Virus record (IMG/VR): IMGVR_UViG_3300022777_000062
Coordinates: 1-48,141 of that record
DNA: 48,141 nucleotides
Source of the DNA: a virus
Taxonomy: Duplodnaviria; Caudoviricetes
Reading direction: 5' to 3' (one strand)
The position numbers were made by a program, and so were the translations under genes. How positions within the stretch are numbered: position 1 is the first letter of the stretch; every line of letters begins with the position of its first letter. Positions 36,998-47,143 of this stretch are shown piece by piece. The notes beneath the pieces are model-generated. The model saw nothing but the letters and a program-made list of their open reading frames with translations. It was not told where the DNA came from and did not search any database.

Positions 36998-39900
36998 TTA
37001 GAATCCTCCTCCTGAGTTGCTGAAGATGTCTGATGAGTTTGTGCTTTGACTGCCTGTTCTTCCATGTGTGCGCAGCGAAACCTGGTAACCAACCTGTTCA
37101 AAGTAAGTTGCCCGGTTGCGCAGTAAGCCCACTTGGAAATCGTAAACAGCACCAATAATAGGTTCCACGATGCGCGCGTAGTCGTTGAACTGGGAAGCCG
37201 GGGTGTCAATGTCAAAAAAGTTTTCATCCCAGAACAAATCAAAAGAACCATAAAGGTCCGTGTCCGAAACGAAGCCAGTGCGCGTGTCGTTATAAAGGAA
37301 AGCCACGTTAAAGCCCACCGACGTTACGTAGGAGCCCACGATGGTACTGGAATCTTGACCTGAGGTGGTGTTGACGTCATCCGGGCCATAGGTTTTGTGG
37401 TAAGGCTGGTTATTGAAGTACCCGTAATAATGGAGGAAGCGCTTTACTGATGACATGTCACTTCGAAAGAATAGCGGACTGAATTGCCAAGAGGGGTACA
37501 CCAATCCCACTTCAATCACAGAACCAGCGGACAAATCATTCTGCATTTCAATTCTGTAGAGCTGGTTGCTGTAGGTGAGTACCTTGTAATCTGTACCCTG
37601 AACCTGCAAAACATTGTCCACCCAGACGCGTATAGGAAACGTCTGAGTAGGCCAGTCTTGGTCTTCAGGTTGTGACAAAGCTGTTACTCGGAGGTCCGTG
37701 TTGTCATCCGGCACAACTTTTGTTAAGTAAATACCATCGCGCAGCTTCACGTAATCCTCGTTTAAAGTGAGGTCTTGGAAACTGCCATCTTGGTCGTAGT
37801 CAATTTCCACCTTGATGTCATTGATTTCACGGTGAGGGGTGAGGTTGAATACGTGGGCTAAATCGGACGTGTTTGAGGCTCGGCTTTTGTTGACGCGGTA
37901 ATAGTACTTGTCTTTTGAAAGCGTGAATGTGAGCTGCCTTTCTGGAATGTTGGTGTCAATGTTGAATGGTGCTGTCTGGTCGTTGTCCAGTTGCGTGAAC
38001 TCGTGCAAATCCACGGGACGTAGCTGATTCATGGTGAGTATTTTGATTTCCTTAGGCGAGCCCTCACTGTCCGTCGTTTCGAATGTGGGGTGAGCTATGA
38101 AGGCTTGGCGCTTGTTGTCATCCAGCTGCACGACTTCGCCATGAATCGTGTAAAAGGAGCCGCTGTTGAGGCTGTAAATTGTCCATGCATTCCGAAACGT
38201 GGAGTAGATTAACAGCGTTTCGGCGCTCCAAGGGTTTAGGGTGTCAGTTGATGACAAGGCAACATAGAGTTCAGCGCGCTCCGGGTCGTAAGTCATCCAT
38301 GCTGTGCTCTGGTCAAATTGAGTGTTTTGGAAAAAGTCCCTCACTTTCAAAGACCTTTCCGCAGCAGCGTATTCAGCGGCATTGTCTGTTGCACTAACAT
38401 CAAAGACACCGCTGTCAGTGAGGAAGAACATGGTATTTTCCACACGTTGGACGGAGTGAACATTAACAGCACCGAGGCCTACTTGGTATTGCACGAAGAA
38501 AGACGTAGGACTCAAGCCACTTTCGCCACTCGTGAGTCGGTAGGTGGAATTTTCCGTGAATATGAAGAGGGAATTGTTAAACTCTTCAATGGCTCGAATG
38601 CTGTCATTGATTTCCCCGGTGATGTCAAATTGAAAAGGCTCTGATGGGACTTGGCCACTCCGCAGCCTCGTTTGGTAATCCCGGAAATTAGCTCCAATAA
38701 TGAACGTGTCCCTAACTTCCGAAACGGCCACACGTAACGGGAGCTTGGGTGTGCCGCCAAAAACTAAGCGGCTTTGGTAGGTCGAAACAGTGCGAGGAAA
38801 GGAGCCTTCTTGGTAATCACAAAACTCCCAAAAACCAAAGGCTGGAACGACGGTACCTCTGCCGTAATTGTCGATGGTGCTCGTGGCGTTGGACCCGATG
38901 AACTTAGGCTCAACATTAACAGCAATGACTTCAGCAGTTTGCGAAATGCCCATGTTGCCTTTGGCTGTAAAATCAAAAAAGAGGCCGCGGGTGTTGTTGT
39001 TGCTTAAAGGGCTGCCGGGGTAATTAGAGCGATTCGAATCATAAAGGTAATAACTGTTGGAAGCTGAATTAGCAGAGTCAGTGTTCTGGCTAAAAGAAAC
39101 GCCGTTGACTTGGATTTCTAAATTTTGCGCCTCAATTCCACGTGCTCCGTTAAATGGCACCCGCAAAGCTCGGTGGAAATGCACATCCTCAATGCTGCTG
39201 TTGGTAGCACCAAACATGCAGTCCGTCAGTCCAATCTGAGTAGCCGTGCCGGACTCTTGAAAACCCCCGGTGGTAAATTGGTACTCACTTGAGGTGCTGG
39301 GCGAATCGACCAGGCTGTAGTCGTTTCGGTTGGAGTAGTTGGTGCTGGGTGTTGGGAACAGTGGGTACTCGGGCTTCACGTTGGTCCCTTCGTACGGACG
39401 TATTCCCAGCAGCAAGTCTGCGGGTATAGGTACGAAACGGTCGATGGGGTCGGCGTTGTTTCGTGTGGAACGGCCGTACATGCGCTTACCAAAAACACCA
39501 ACAGCCTCAGCCCACCACTGCCAACTAGCAAAAATCAACGTGAACTGCCCGGTTCTGTTGGTGTTTGTGATTCCAACTTCTAGCGTGTCATTCGTAAAGT
39601 TGAGTGTGTCGATTTCCTCTGTAATTTCAACGCCATCGTTATAAAGAATGACGGAATCGGTTTGAGCATTGCCAAGATTGCTATTTACAAAAGGAATCAC
39701 CAGTTCATCATTACCATCACTGTCCGGGTCCGAAACTGAAGTGTCAGAGTCGAAAGCTGTTGACTGTACTAACTTGAGTTGGACCGGTGGGTTGACTCCC
39801 GTGGTGAAAATGGTTCGCGGCTCGAGTTCCGAAGTGTACTCATAATCCGGCCTCACGTAACGGGCCCGTTCGTCCCATACAGATTCAAATACAACTTCCG

Positions 39901-40249
39901 AACCAAGCTCGAGGAACGTGCGGTTGTTGTTGGCTACTGTTTCCACCAAGTTGAAAATCACTAAATCAACCCCAATCTTCGCAACGATTAACGGGTCCAA
40001 GCCACGGAGCTTCACGGGTACCAAAATAGTACCAGAAAGACCGTCGCTGCTAGTTTCAAAGGTGGAGGTGTAGGTCCCGTTACGTACTTGGAGGTTCCCT
40101 CGTTGGTTTACTTTTACGTTGTTGAGGTCGGGACTGTCTGCCAATGGAATAGACAGGCGGCTCGACATAACGTTCAAGCCGCCCGAACTAGAAGATTGCA
40201 AGACAGACCCTTGGTTTTCCTGACCTTGTCTGTCAATTCCTCTAACCAT
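36998..40249 (-). CDS. Tail tubular protein B (nozzle)
   Basis: GGLN N-terminus; FPRTVSTYQSRLVFGG; beta-propeller composition; synteny. Confidence 0.85.
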   Translation of the reverse strand: MVRGIDRQGQENQGSVLQSSSSGGLNVMSSRLSIPLADSPDLNNVKVNQRGNLQVRNGTYTSTFETSSDGLSGTILVPVKLRGLDPLIVAKIGVDLVIFNLVETVANNNRTFLELGSEVVFESVWDERARYVRPDYEYTSELEPRTIFTTGVNPPVQLKLVQSTAFDSDTSVSDPDSDGNDELVIPFVNSNLGNAQTDSVILYNDGVEITEEIDTLNFTNDTLEVGITNTNRTGQFTLIFASWQWWAEAVGVFGKRMYGRSTRNNADPIDRFVPIPADLLLGIRPYEGTNVKPEYPLFPTPSTNYSNRNDYSLVDSPSTSSEYQFTTGGFQESGTATQIGLTDCMFGATNSSIEDVHFHRALRVPFNGARGIEAQNLEIQVNGVSFSQNTDSANSASNSYYLYDSNRSNYPGSPLSNNNTRGLFFDFTAKGNMGISQTAEVIAVNVEPKFIGSNATSTIDNYGRGTVVPAFGFWEFCDYQEGSFPRTVSTYQSRLVFGGTPKLPLRVAVSEVRDTFIIGANFRDYQTRLRSGQVPSEPFQFDITGEINDSIRAIEEFNNSLFIFTENSTYRLTSGESGLSPTSFFVQYQVGLGAVNVHSVQRVENTMFFLTDSGVFDVSATDNAAEYAAAERSLKVRDFFQNTQFDQSTAWMTYDPERAELYVALSSTDTLNPWSAETLLIYSTFRNAWTIYSLNSGSFYTIHGEVVQLDDNKRQAFIAHPTFETTDSEGSPKEIKILTMNQLRPVDLHEFTQLDNDQTAPFNIDTNIPERQLTFTLSKDKYYYRVNKSRASNTSDLAHVFNLTPHREINDIKVEIDYDQDGSFQDLTLNEDYVKLRDGIYLTKVVPDDNTDLRVTALSQPEDQDWPTQTFPIRVWVDNVLQVQGTDYKVLTYSNQLYRIEMQNDLSAGSVIEVGLVYPSWQFSPLFFRSDMSSVKRFLHYYGYFNNQPYHKTYGPDDVNTTSGQDSSTIVGSYVTSVGFNVAFLYNDTRTGFVSDTDLYGSFDLFWDENFFDIDTPASQFNDYARIVEPIIGAVYDFQVGLLRNRATYFEQVGYQVSLRTHGRTGSQSTNSSDIFSNSGGGF

Positions 40250-40263
40250 TTGTCTGTGCTCCT

Positions 40264-40938
40264 TTAGTGGCGTGGTCGAAACATGTTAATTCCTTCAGCT
40301 GGTACTCCTCTGTCGCGGTCCCTGAGTCTTTGAGCGAGTGCTTCAAATTGCTGGCTAAACGTGCCGGCTAATTGTAAATCGCCTAAATGATTTTGCGCTA
40401 ATATTGCGGAAGTTCTGTACTCTACTAGCTGCATGTACTCTTCTGGTATTTCGAAAGTTCCGTTGTCTTGGCTAGGTATGCCAGTGAAGCGCACAAAGTC
40501 AAAAAGAATTCGAGCACGTTCCGCGCTGTCTGTAGGGTAAGGAGCGACCCCGACTGTTTTGTCGTCCAGTATAGTGAACCACCGGGGCCTCTGAGGGTTA
40601 TTCGAATCGTACGAATCCTTAGGCATGTCATCAAAAACATCACGCGAAACGTATTTAAGTGGACGTTTGCGCTTAAAGCCAGAATTTTCTTTCCACTTAA
40701 CCGAAAATAGGCGTTGAAAAACGGGCAACTGAGCGACCTCGTCTTGCCACGAAGTCGCTGTTTGTTGCCGTCTGAGCCATGACCAATCATTTAGCGTGTT
40801 GACCTCGTTAACTGCAGAGCGAATGGCGTTGTTAATTCGGTCACCAAAAGCTCCTTGTAAGTTATTCCGAGGGCGTTCGTTGATGTTGAGTAGGACATCA
40901 TTAGCCAGCTGGAGTTTCGTACGTGTTGATTGTGCCAT
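40264..40938 (-). CDS. Tail tubular protein A (adaptor)
   Basis: TKLQLANDVLLNINE...DWSWL...IPEEY; synteny. Confidence 0.85.
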   Translation of the reverse strand: MAQSTRTKLQLANDVLLNINERPRNNLQGAFGDRINNAIRSAVNEVNTLNDWSWLRRQQTATSWQDEVAQLPVFQRLFSVKWKENSGFKRKRPLKYVSRDVFDDMPKDSYDSNNPQRPRWFTILDDKTVGVAPYPTDSAERARILFDFVRFTGIPSQDNGTFEIPEEYMQLVEYRTSAILAQNHLGDLQLAGTFSQQFEALAQRLRDRDRGVPAEGINMFRPRH

Positions 40939-40978
40939 GATGAACGCCCCCTTACATGCGCTGCTGCTTCATAGTCCT

Positions 40979-42615
40979 TTAACTGTCGGCAGTGGAAATA
41001 ACAACTGCGTGGTCTGGACGGTAAAGCTTAACTCCATAGATTTGAGTTTGAACCACGTGCCACTCTTGGTACTCAGTGGACCATTGGGCATCCACGCTGG
41101 GCATTTTCTGCATGGCGAGGTTGCACCAATCACGATGCATCATGATGGCGCTGAATAGTCCATCAGCATCATTGTCTAGTCCAGTGGCTTGGTCCTGGGT
41201 GGGGTAATATAGTGCGTTGGAATTGTAACCGGGCGTGGGTCCGGGTGTACCATCGTCGCCATTAGTGAAGCCATCCGATTGATTCTTCTGCAAAGCGGTG
41301 GTCATAACAACAGGCATGCCGAGGATTTGCCCGACGGTGCCTCGGCTGATGTCTGCTGGTGAACCATTGACCTCGGAACTGGTGAGGACGTTTCGGGGGT
41401 CGGTATTTTGCAAGACACCAGCACTCAGCATGGAGGCTTCTTGTTGAGGCGAAACGACGAGGACGCGGCCTTCCTTGGGAACGCGCTTTTCGTTTAACAC
41501 TTCCCAAGCCTCGAGGATGTCCGCATAAGAAATGCCGTTGTTGGAATCCACAATGTGGTGGTCGTTGTTGGATGGTCCAGTGCCGGGGTTTTCACCGAGC
41601 ACAGCAGCACGCATTCCAAGTAGGAAATCATCGATGTCACGTGCTAAGGCTCGACCAGCTTCCTGAGTATACAGTTGCCGCATGTCAGTGTGGGACTGAA
41701 TCTGAGCAATGTCCTCAACTGCGATGCTGGATTCTTTGTACTGGTCGATGACCATTTTGTATTCGCCTTCCTTACGGCTTTGGAACGTAACTGGGGTGCC
41801 AGGAAGCTTTTCATTGACACCTAGACGTCCCAATAGAGGAAGACGTAACGTGTCCCCAGCTCGTCCTTGAAAGGGGACGTTACGGGTAAACTGGCTCATC
41901 ACCAGGTTGTCTTCTAAATATTTCTTTATGTCCGTGCTCCAAATTTCCAAGTGGAGCTCACTGCTTTCACAGTGACTTCGACTGTCCCATCGTGGTAGGC
42001 GTGCAGTCTGTGAGGGCTACTCAGCGTTGTTCGGTCAGGGCTTCGCAATGCTCCAACTCATCTTCTGAGTATGGCCTGCGGTAGCCTTCCCTGTTAACTC
42101 GTTTACAGCAAAGCATGTAAAGGTGCTCTGCTGGCTCACGTTTCGTGACTAAATAGTTCATGAACGTGGGTAGGGCTTTAATTATGCGCCGGAAACCGAT
42201 GACGGAAAGGACCCAAAAGGGCTTCTGATTCTTCCTTTCATAGTCTTCTACGTGAAAAGGAAAGTCATCGCCGATTTGCTCCCGGATGTAGTCGAGGGTA
42301 GGGTAGTGGTGAGTCATGCTGATTTTGAAGCATGGCTGGGGGTAGGTTTTCCCGTTTCGACGCGTGTGCCTCAAACCAATCCAGCCTTCGCCATCGACTA
42401 GCCCTGCGAACCATTGGTAGAACGCTGTCTTACCCTGCGGATTGTCCATTGTTCATCCTCCTAATTTTTACGTCGTGAGTATAGAAGGCTTTAGGAGTTT
42501 CCCGCATTTGAGCCTACTTTTACGTTCCCAATTTATTGCTCTTAGGAACAAAACTTTGTACCTGGGATGAAGTAAGGGAATTACCTTGAGGTGCTACTCC
42601 TCCTGAATATGTCAT
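40979..42615 (-). CDS. Major capsid protein, spliced (exons 42615-42544 and 41947-40979; 346 aa)
   Basis: AGGAGGA RBS; exon join gives ...QSFVP-EIWS...; GDTLRLP, AGRALARDID, VPKEGRVLVVSP, YGVKLYRP. Confidence 0.92.
41948..42543 (-). mobile_element. Group I self-splicing intron (596 nt) in the major capsid gene
   Basis: 5' exon ends in U with P1 GTTCCT/GGGAAC; P AAATGCGGGAA; Q AATCCGCAG; P3 GTAGGC/GCCTAC; P7 GACTG/CAGTC; terminal G. Confidence 0.92.
42021..42449 (-). CDS. Intron-encoded single-motif LAGLIDADG homing endonuclease
   Basis: WFAGLVDGEGWI; YLVTKR; AGGAGG RBS. Confidence 0.9.
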   Translation of the reverse strand: MDNPQGKTAFYQWFAGLVDGEGWIGLRHTRRNGKTYPQPCFKISMTHHYPTLDYIREQIGDDFPFHVEDYERKNQKPFWVLSVIGFRRIIKALPTFMNYLVTKREPAEHLYMLCCKRVNREGYRRPYSEDELEHCEALTEQR

Positions 42616-42629
42616 TTAAATCCTCCTAT

Positions 42630-43421
42630 TTAGCGGTTTCGGTCTACTAATCCATTAATCAAAGCGTATTCGATGTCACGGATGTTTCGTTCGTATTCGG
42701 CGCGACTCATCTTGTCGATTTGGGATTGTGTGTACATGTACTGCGGTGTCTGCGCTTGCTGAATCCTCTGCTGTGGTGGGTTGCCTGTGGTGGGCTGGTA
42801 ATTCGGAACTTGCGGCTGATTGGCCTGCTGTTCCTGCTGTATACGCGCCCAAATAAGCTTAGCACCATCAGCATTGTCAAGAGCTGCCTGTTGCTCCGGC
42901 GTTAGGTTGTTATTGAAATACTGCTTAACCTGCTCGAGGCGCTCTTGGTAAGCGTCGCCCCATTCCTTCTGGAGCTCCTGCTGCTGTTGTTGAATAAGTT
43001 GCTGCTGCCGGAATTGCTGGAGGGCCTGGAATTGTTCCGCTGCTTCCTGGGGCTCTAAACCAAAATACTCTTGGAACCTCTGACGGAACCAGTCTTCATC
43101 ACTTTGCTGCTGCTGGGGTTGCTGTTGTTGTTGGTCCGGTTGAGGCTCATTAGATGGTTGCTGTTGACCGCCGCCTAGGTCTTCAAGTTTGTACCCCAGT
43201 TGCTGCTCTAACTGTTGGAGCTGCTCGTCCTTTACCGGCGCTTCTTGTTGCTGTTGCTCTTGTTGCGGCGCTTGTTCTTGTGCGTTGCCATCTTGTTGGC
43301 CTCCTACTCCTACTCTTCCTTCCTCTTGGTTTACTAAGGGCTGTTGTTGTTGTTGTTCGGCGTTATTAGAGTTGTTTTCGTTTAGTGATTCTGGAATTTG
43401 ACTTTGGCTAGTATAGGTCAT
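42630..43421 (-). CDS. Capsid scaffolding protein
   Basis: Q/E-rich; between portal and capsid; C-terminal KMSRAEYERN helix. Confidence 0.8.
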   Translation of the reverse strand: MTYTSQSQIPESLNENNSNNAEQQQQQPLVNQEEGRVGVGGQQDGNAQEQAPQQEQQQQEAPVKDEQLQQLEQQLGYKLEDLGGGQQQPSNEPQPDQQQQQPQQQQSDEDWFRQRFQEYFGLEPQEAAEQFQALQQFRQQQLIQQQQQELQKEWGDAYQERLEQVKQYFNNNLTPEQQAALDNADGAKLIWARIQQEQQANQPQVPNYQPTTGNPPQQRIQQAQTPQYMYTQSQIDKMSRAEYERNIRDIEYALINGLVDRNR

Positions 43422-43424
43422 GGT

Positions 43425-45455
43425 TTACTTTTCCTCCCTTCTGCTCTGTAACTGTTCACCAATATTACGCAGCGCTTCTTCAGCTTGGCCACTTCGGAGT
43501 GACTCTTCTACGGCTTGTGCTCCAGGTTGACCCGAAACGGAGCGAGCGGCTTCACGGATTTGTTCGATTTCACTAGCCGCTTGTGATTCCGGGCCCTGCT
43601 GAACCTCATCAACAGGAAGTTGCTGCTCGTTCTGTTGGTCTTCTTCCTGCTCACCGGCACCTTTCACATATTTTTCCCAATCGTCCCGCAGGAAACGTCG
43701 GGCTAAGTCTTTGGCAACCTCCTTCCAATTAAGCTGTTGCGCCATCTGCGGTACCTGAGCAGCCGTGTTGATGAAGTCAATACGTTGCCTCAATTCAAAT
43801 TCCTCATCAGCAATAAAGTCAGCACCGCGCGGCTTCAATTGTAAAGAAGTGTTAAGCTCCGGGGGACCAACTTGTAAGAACTCCACTACATCCGGGTCTT
43901 CTTCGTTGGGCAGAGGGATGGTTTCATCTTCCGTTACGAATTGTTGGATTTGGCGAAAACACTTCTGGAGGATGGTGAAGAGGGCTTGTCTTTCGATGTG
44001 TCGGTGTACTCCATTGAGCCTATTACCTCCAGCAGCTCGAGTAGCTTCGATTTCTTGTGCGGTGACTCGCTCTGCGTTACGAGTTGCGCCGCTTCCAATA
44101 AACGCTCCAGTCCCCGTGCTCTTTTCAATGCTCTGCTCCATGAGTTGCTCTTCCTGGACGGAGGTGCTGACATCAGTAATGGTGTTAATCTGATTAATAC
44201 TGCCAGCCTCCGTGACGGGTATAACACGTCCAGGCTCAGAATATAATTGGCTGAGGTCCAGAGTGCCGTCATTAACGACTTCGAACATCGGATTAATTGT
44301 AAACTCTGTGATGTCAAGCCTCTGATTGCGTGTAAGAGTGCGCGCATGTAAGTCACCTAAAACCGGGTCCAACACGCCCAAGCCATAAGGACTGTTCACA
44401 ACCGGAATGTACGTACCAACAACAAAAGGCTTACCTCCCCAGAAGGGGTTAGAGTCGAAGGAAAGTAGAGCATCCCCAGCAACAGTAGCGACAACATCCT
44501 GGTACTCCTCGTTTTCCACAGTTAAATTGCCCCAGAATTCTAACACTTCAATGATGTCACCAGGGCTATGCAGCTGATGATGGTGAGGATTCATCCCCGT
44601 GAACTCTTCCTTTTCTTGCTTGTGCGACTCGTCATCTGGGTCGTGAACGTTTTCCACTGCCGGCAACTCTTGGATTTGCTTAACCGTGGCTTCGGGGTAA
44701 GTACCGTCTTGAACAAGTCGAATCAACTCCCCTCGCGTCTTAGTCATGCGGCGAATGATGTTACCTTCGTTGGGCATTTTAGCGGTGGGGTCAATGAAGA
44801 AATCGAACATGTCCACCACTTCAAACTGGAACGTGTTTTGCGTAACGCGTTCCTCGGTTTTCTGCACCGTGTTGCCTTGAGCATCACGAACATTAAGCGG
44901 AAATTCCTCACGACGGTACCTCCAGGGCATCGCTAATACGGAGGTCCCGAGTGTTACGGCTTGGCGGAGGAAGTTTTCAAAGTAGTCTTGGAAGTTCGCG
45001 TCCTCAAGCTTACGTTGGGTGAAGGTGCGAATGAGGCGGAGGTACTTGCGGTAATCTTCCTCCTGGAAATTTAAATGTTCCACTGCTTCCACGTCGAACC
45101 AGTTTTCGTTAGGGAAGGTAGCACCCATGAGGAACGAAACGACGGACTCGACCATTTCAAACGCTTTCCCTGTTGGTACTCGATGGCGCCAATCATTTTG
45201 AACATCACCAACAGTATGGTGAGTCCTAGCGCGCAAATAATTCTGAGCTTCTGGAGTTCCAAAGTATTGTGCCCAGGCTTCGAGCCACTTGTCTTCGCGT
45301 TCCTGCCTCGCATCGCCATAATGTCGCTTTAATGTATTAACTTGTTCGATTATTTCATCTGCACGTCGCCTTTGACGTCCTGGTTCAGACTCGTCGTTGT
45401 TACGTAACGGAGTCGTGGGTATGTCTTTGCCTAGTAAATTAGGGCCCTGCGTCAT
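43425..45455 (-). CDS. Portal protein
   Basis: FFIDP, VLEFWG, PYGLG, TAQEI motifs; synteny. Confidence 0.9.
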   Translation of the reverse strand: MTQGPNLLGKDIPTTPLRNNDESEPGRQRRRADEIIEQVNTLKRHYGDARQEREDKWLEAWAQYFGTPEAQNYLRARTHHTVGDVQNDWRHRVPTGKAFEMVESVVSFLMGATFPNENWFDVEAVEHLNFQEEDYRKYLRLIRTFTQRKLEDANFQDYFENFLRQAVTLGTSVLAMPWRYRREEFPLNVRDAQGNTVQKTEERVTQNTFQFEVVDMFDFFIDPTAKMPNEGNIIRRMTKTRGELIRLVQDGTYPEATVKQIQELPAVENVHDPDDESHKQEKEEFTGMNPHHHQLHSPGDIIEVLEFWGNLTVENEEYQDVVATVAGDALLSFDSNPFWGGKPFVVGTYIPVVNSPYGLGVLDPVLGDLHARTLTRNQRLDITEFTINPMFEVVNDGTLDLSQLYSEPGRVIPVTEAGSINQINTITDVSTSVQEEQLMEQSIEKSTGTGAFIGSGATRNAERVTAQEIEATRAAGGNRLNGVHRHIERQALFTILQKCFRQIQQFVTEDETIPLPNEEDPDVVEFLQVGPPELNTSLQLKPRGADFIADEEFELRQRIDFINTAAQVPQMAQQLNWKEVAKDLARRFLRDDWEKYVKGAGEQEEDQQNEQQLPVDEVQQGPESQAASEIEQIREAARSVSGQPGAQAVEESLRSGQAEEALRNIGEQLQSRREEK

Positions 45456-47140
45456 ACGAATCCACCATACCTAGTATTAACGTTGGTTTTGTGTGGGTTA
45501 AATGGTTGTTGTTTGCTGTTAGTCGGGACGCTGATTTCCTTCAGAATAGCAATAGCATCAGGAGCATCATCTTTAACCGTGGGTCGCCCGAAGAGGTTAA
45601 ACTGGTCCTTTAGCCCTTGCTTGGTACTCAGCGTCTGATTCATGAAAAATTTGCCCGAACTGAATAGAGGTTGCAACGCCGCCTCAATTCGTTCGTGCTT
45701 ATTGGTTTGCTCTGTTTTGTATTCACGAATTTGAATTGGTCTATAAGTATTGAAACGGTCACGGATGGAATTGATGAGCTGCTTCTGGAAACCAACAGCC
45801 TCAATGGTCACGGCGCTAAGTTTCCACTTGTCAAGCATTCCGTACATAGCATCAAGCCACTTGCTGAATGGCTCTTTACCTAAATACATGTCCACTACGT
45901 ACAAATTGCCCTCACTGTCCATACCACCAACAACAATGCAAGTGTAGTCACTATGTGCGTTGGAAGTTGCGGCGGGGTCAATGGCCATCCGCAACCTCAC
46001 CTCCGAAACCAAGTCCGGACCTTTGTGTATTGCTGCTGTTCGGGGCTGCTTGCAAATGATGTTGTGTTTGTGTATGAAGTTGATTTGGTCCCAGTGGAGG
46101 GTTTGCTCCGCGTCTGCGATGATGCTATTGAGGTACTGGGAAGCGAAACGACGCTCCGACATCGAAGCGCGCAACCTGCTTTCCACTGTTTCGTTGAATC
46201 GTTCCGGCCAGAGGTAACCATCAGCAGCATCAGTACCGTTGGCGTAAATGTTCCGTTGGTACGTTTCGAAACCTAGGTACTCTGCGTTTTGAAGCACGTG
46301 GCCATAGTAGTCTTCAGCATCATAACGCGTGCCAACAACAATCACCGTGTCGCCTACGAAGCACCACGGTCTAAAGCTACCATACTGCCTCGTGCTTTTG
46401 CAACACTTGGTGAAATTTTTGTACAAATCTTCATCAAACTCTTTAGGGTCGAGGACGGACTGCATGTCGAAAATCCAATCAAAAAGCCTTTCACGTTTTT
46501 GCTCGGTGTTGATGTTGTCGAACGTAACAACATCATCCAGTATTAGCTCATCAAAGTGGAAACCAGTAGCCACGCTGCCGACACTACCCGAAACGACGGT
46601 AGGCTCCTTCAAAATGTCATCGCGCAAAACCTGAATCGCATCAGTACGCCAAATTACCTTCTTGTCCTTTGCCTCCGTTTCGCTCTTCCGTTCAGTACCC
46701 GGCTGATCCATCGCAGGTATGAGTCGGCCGGGTTTGTGTGGCCTGTTGTTCCATACCTTTTCCTGCAAGTCCAGGTCCTCGAGGTAAGTTTTAATTTCAC
46801 GTATGAAGGAGGTAGAAAGCCTGTGACTTTCCGTTCCAACAAAGATGCGGATGTTGGGGTTTTGGTAAATCCTCCAAAGTGTGCGGCCTACAGACATCAA
46901 TGTGGACTTGAGGTGGCCACGTGGCATGAGGATTAACTGCCGGGATGAGCGTCGGTAATCCGTGGACCATTGGATGAGGTCATCGTGGCATTGACCGAAC
47001 TGCTTGGAACCCCCGTGAAACCCAATCAAATCCACGAAACTCCAGAAATCATACAGGGCCCTCAACCGCCATCTGTAGGACGGAATCTGCCCTGACCTGT
47101 CTTCTTTCGTTATTCTTTTCCGTTTCGCTACTTTAGTCAT
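45452..47140 (-). CDS. terL: Terminase large subunit
   Basis: MPRGHLKST Walker A, LILDD Walker B, GTRY, IDPA, DDAPDA. Confidence 0.93.
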   Translation of the reverse strand: MTKVAKRKRITKEDRSGQIPSYRWRLRALYDFWSFVDLIGFHGGSKQFGQCHDDLIQWSTDYRRSSRQLILMPRGHLKSTLMSVGRTLWRIYQNPNIRIFVGTESHRLSTSFIREIKTYLEDLDLQEKVWNNRPHKPGRLIPAMDQPGTERKSETEAKDKKVIWRTDAIQVLRDDILKEPTVVSGSVGSVATGFHFDELILDDVVTFDNINTEQKRERLFDWIFDMQSVLDPKEFDEDLYKNFTKCCKSTRQYGSFRPWCFVGDTVIVVGTRYDAEDYYGHVLQNAEYLGFETYQRNIYANGTDAADGYLWPERFNETVESRLRASMSERRFASQYLNSIIADAEQTLHWDQINFIHKHNIICKQPRTAAIHKGPDLVSEVRLRMAIDPAATSNAHSDYTCIVVGGMDSEGNLYVVDMYLGKEPFSKWLDAMYGMLDKWKLSAVTIEAVGFQKQLINSIRDRFNTYRPIQIREYKTEQTNKHERIEAALQPLFSSGKFFMNQTLSTKQGLKDQFNLFGRPTVKDDAPDAIAILKEISVPTNSKQQPFNPHKTNVNTRYGGFV

Positions 47141-47143
47141 GCT

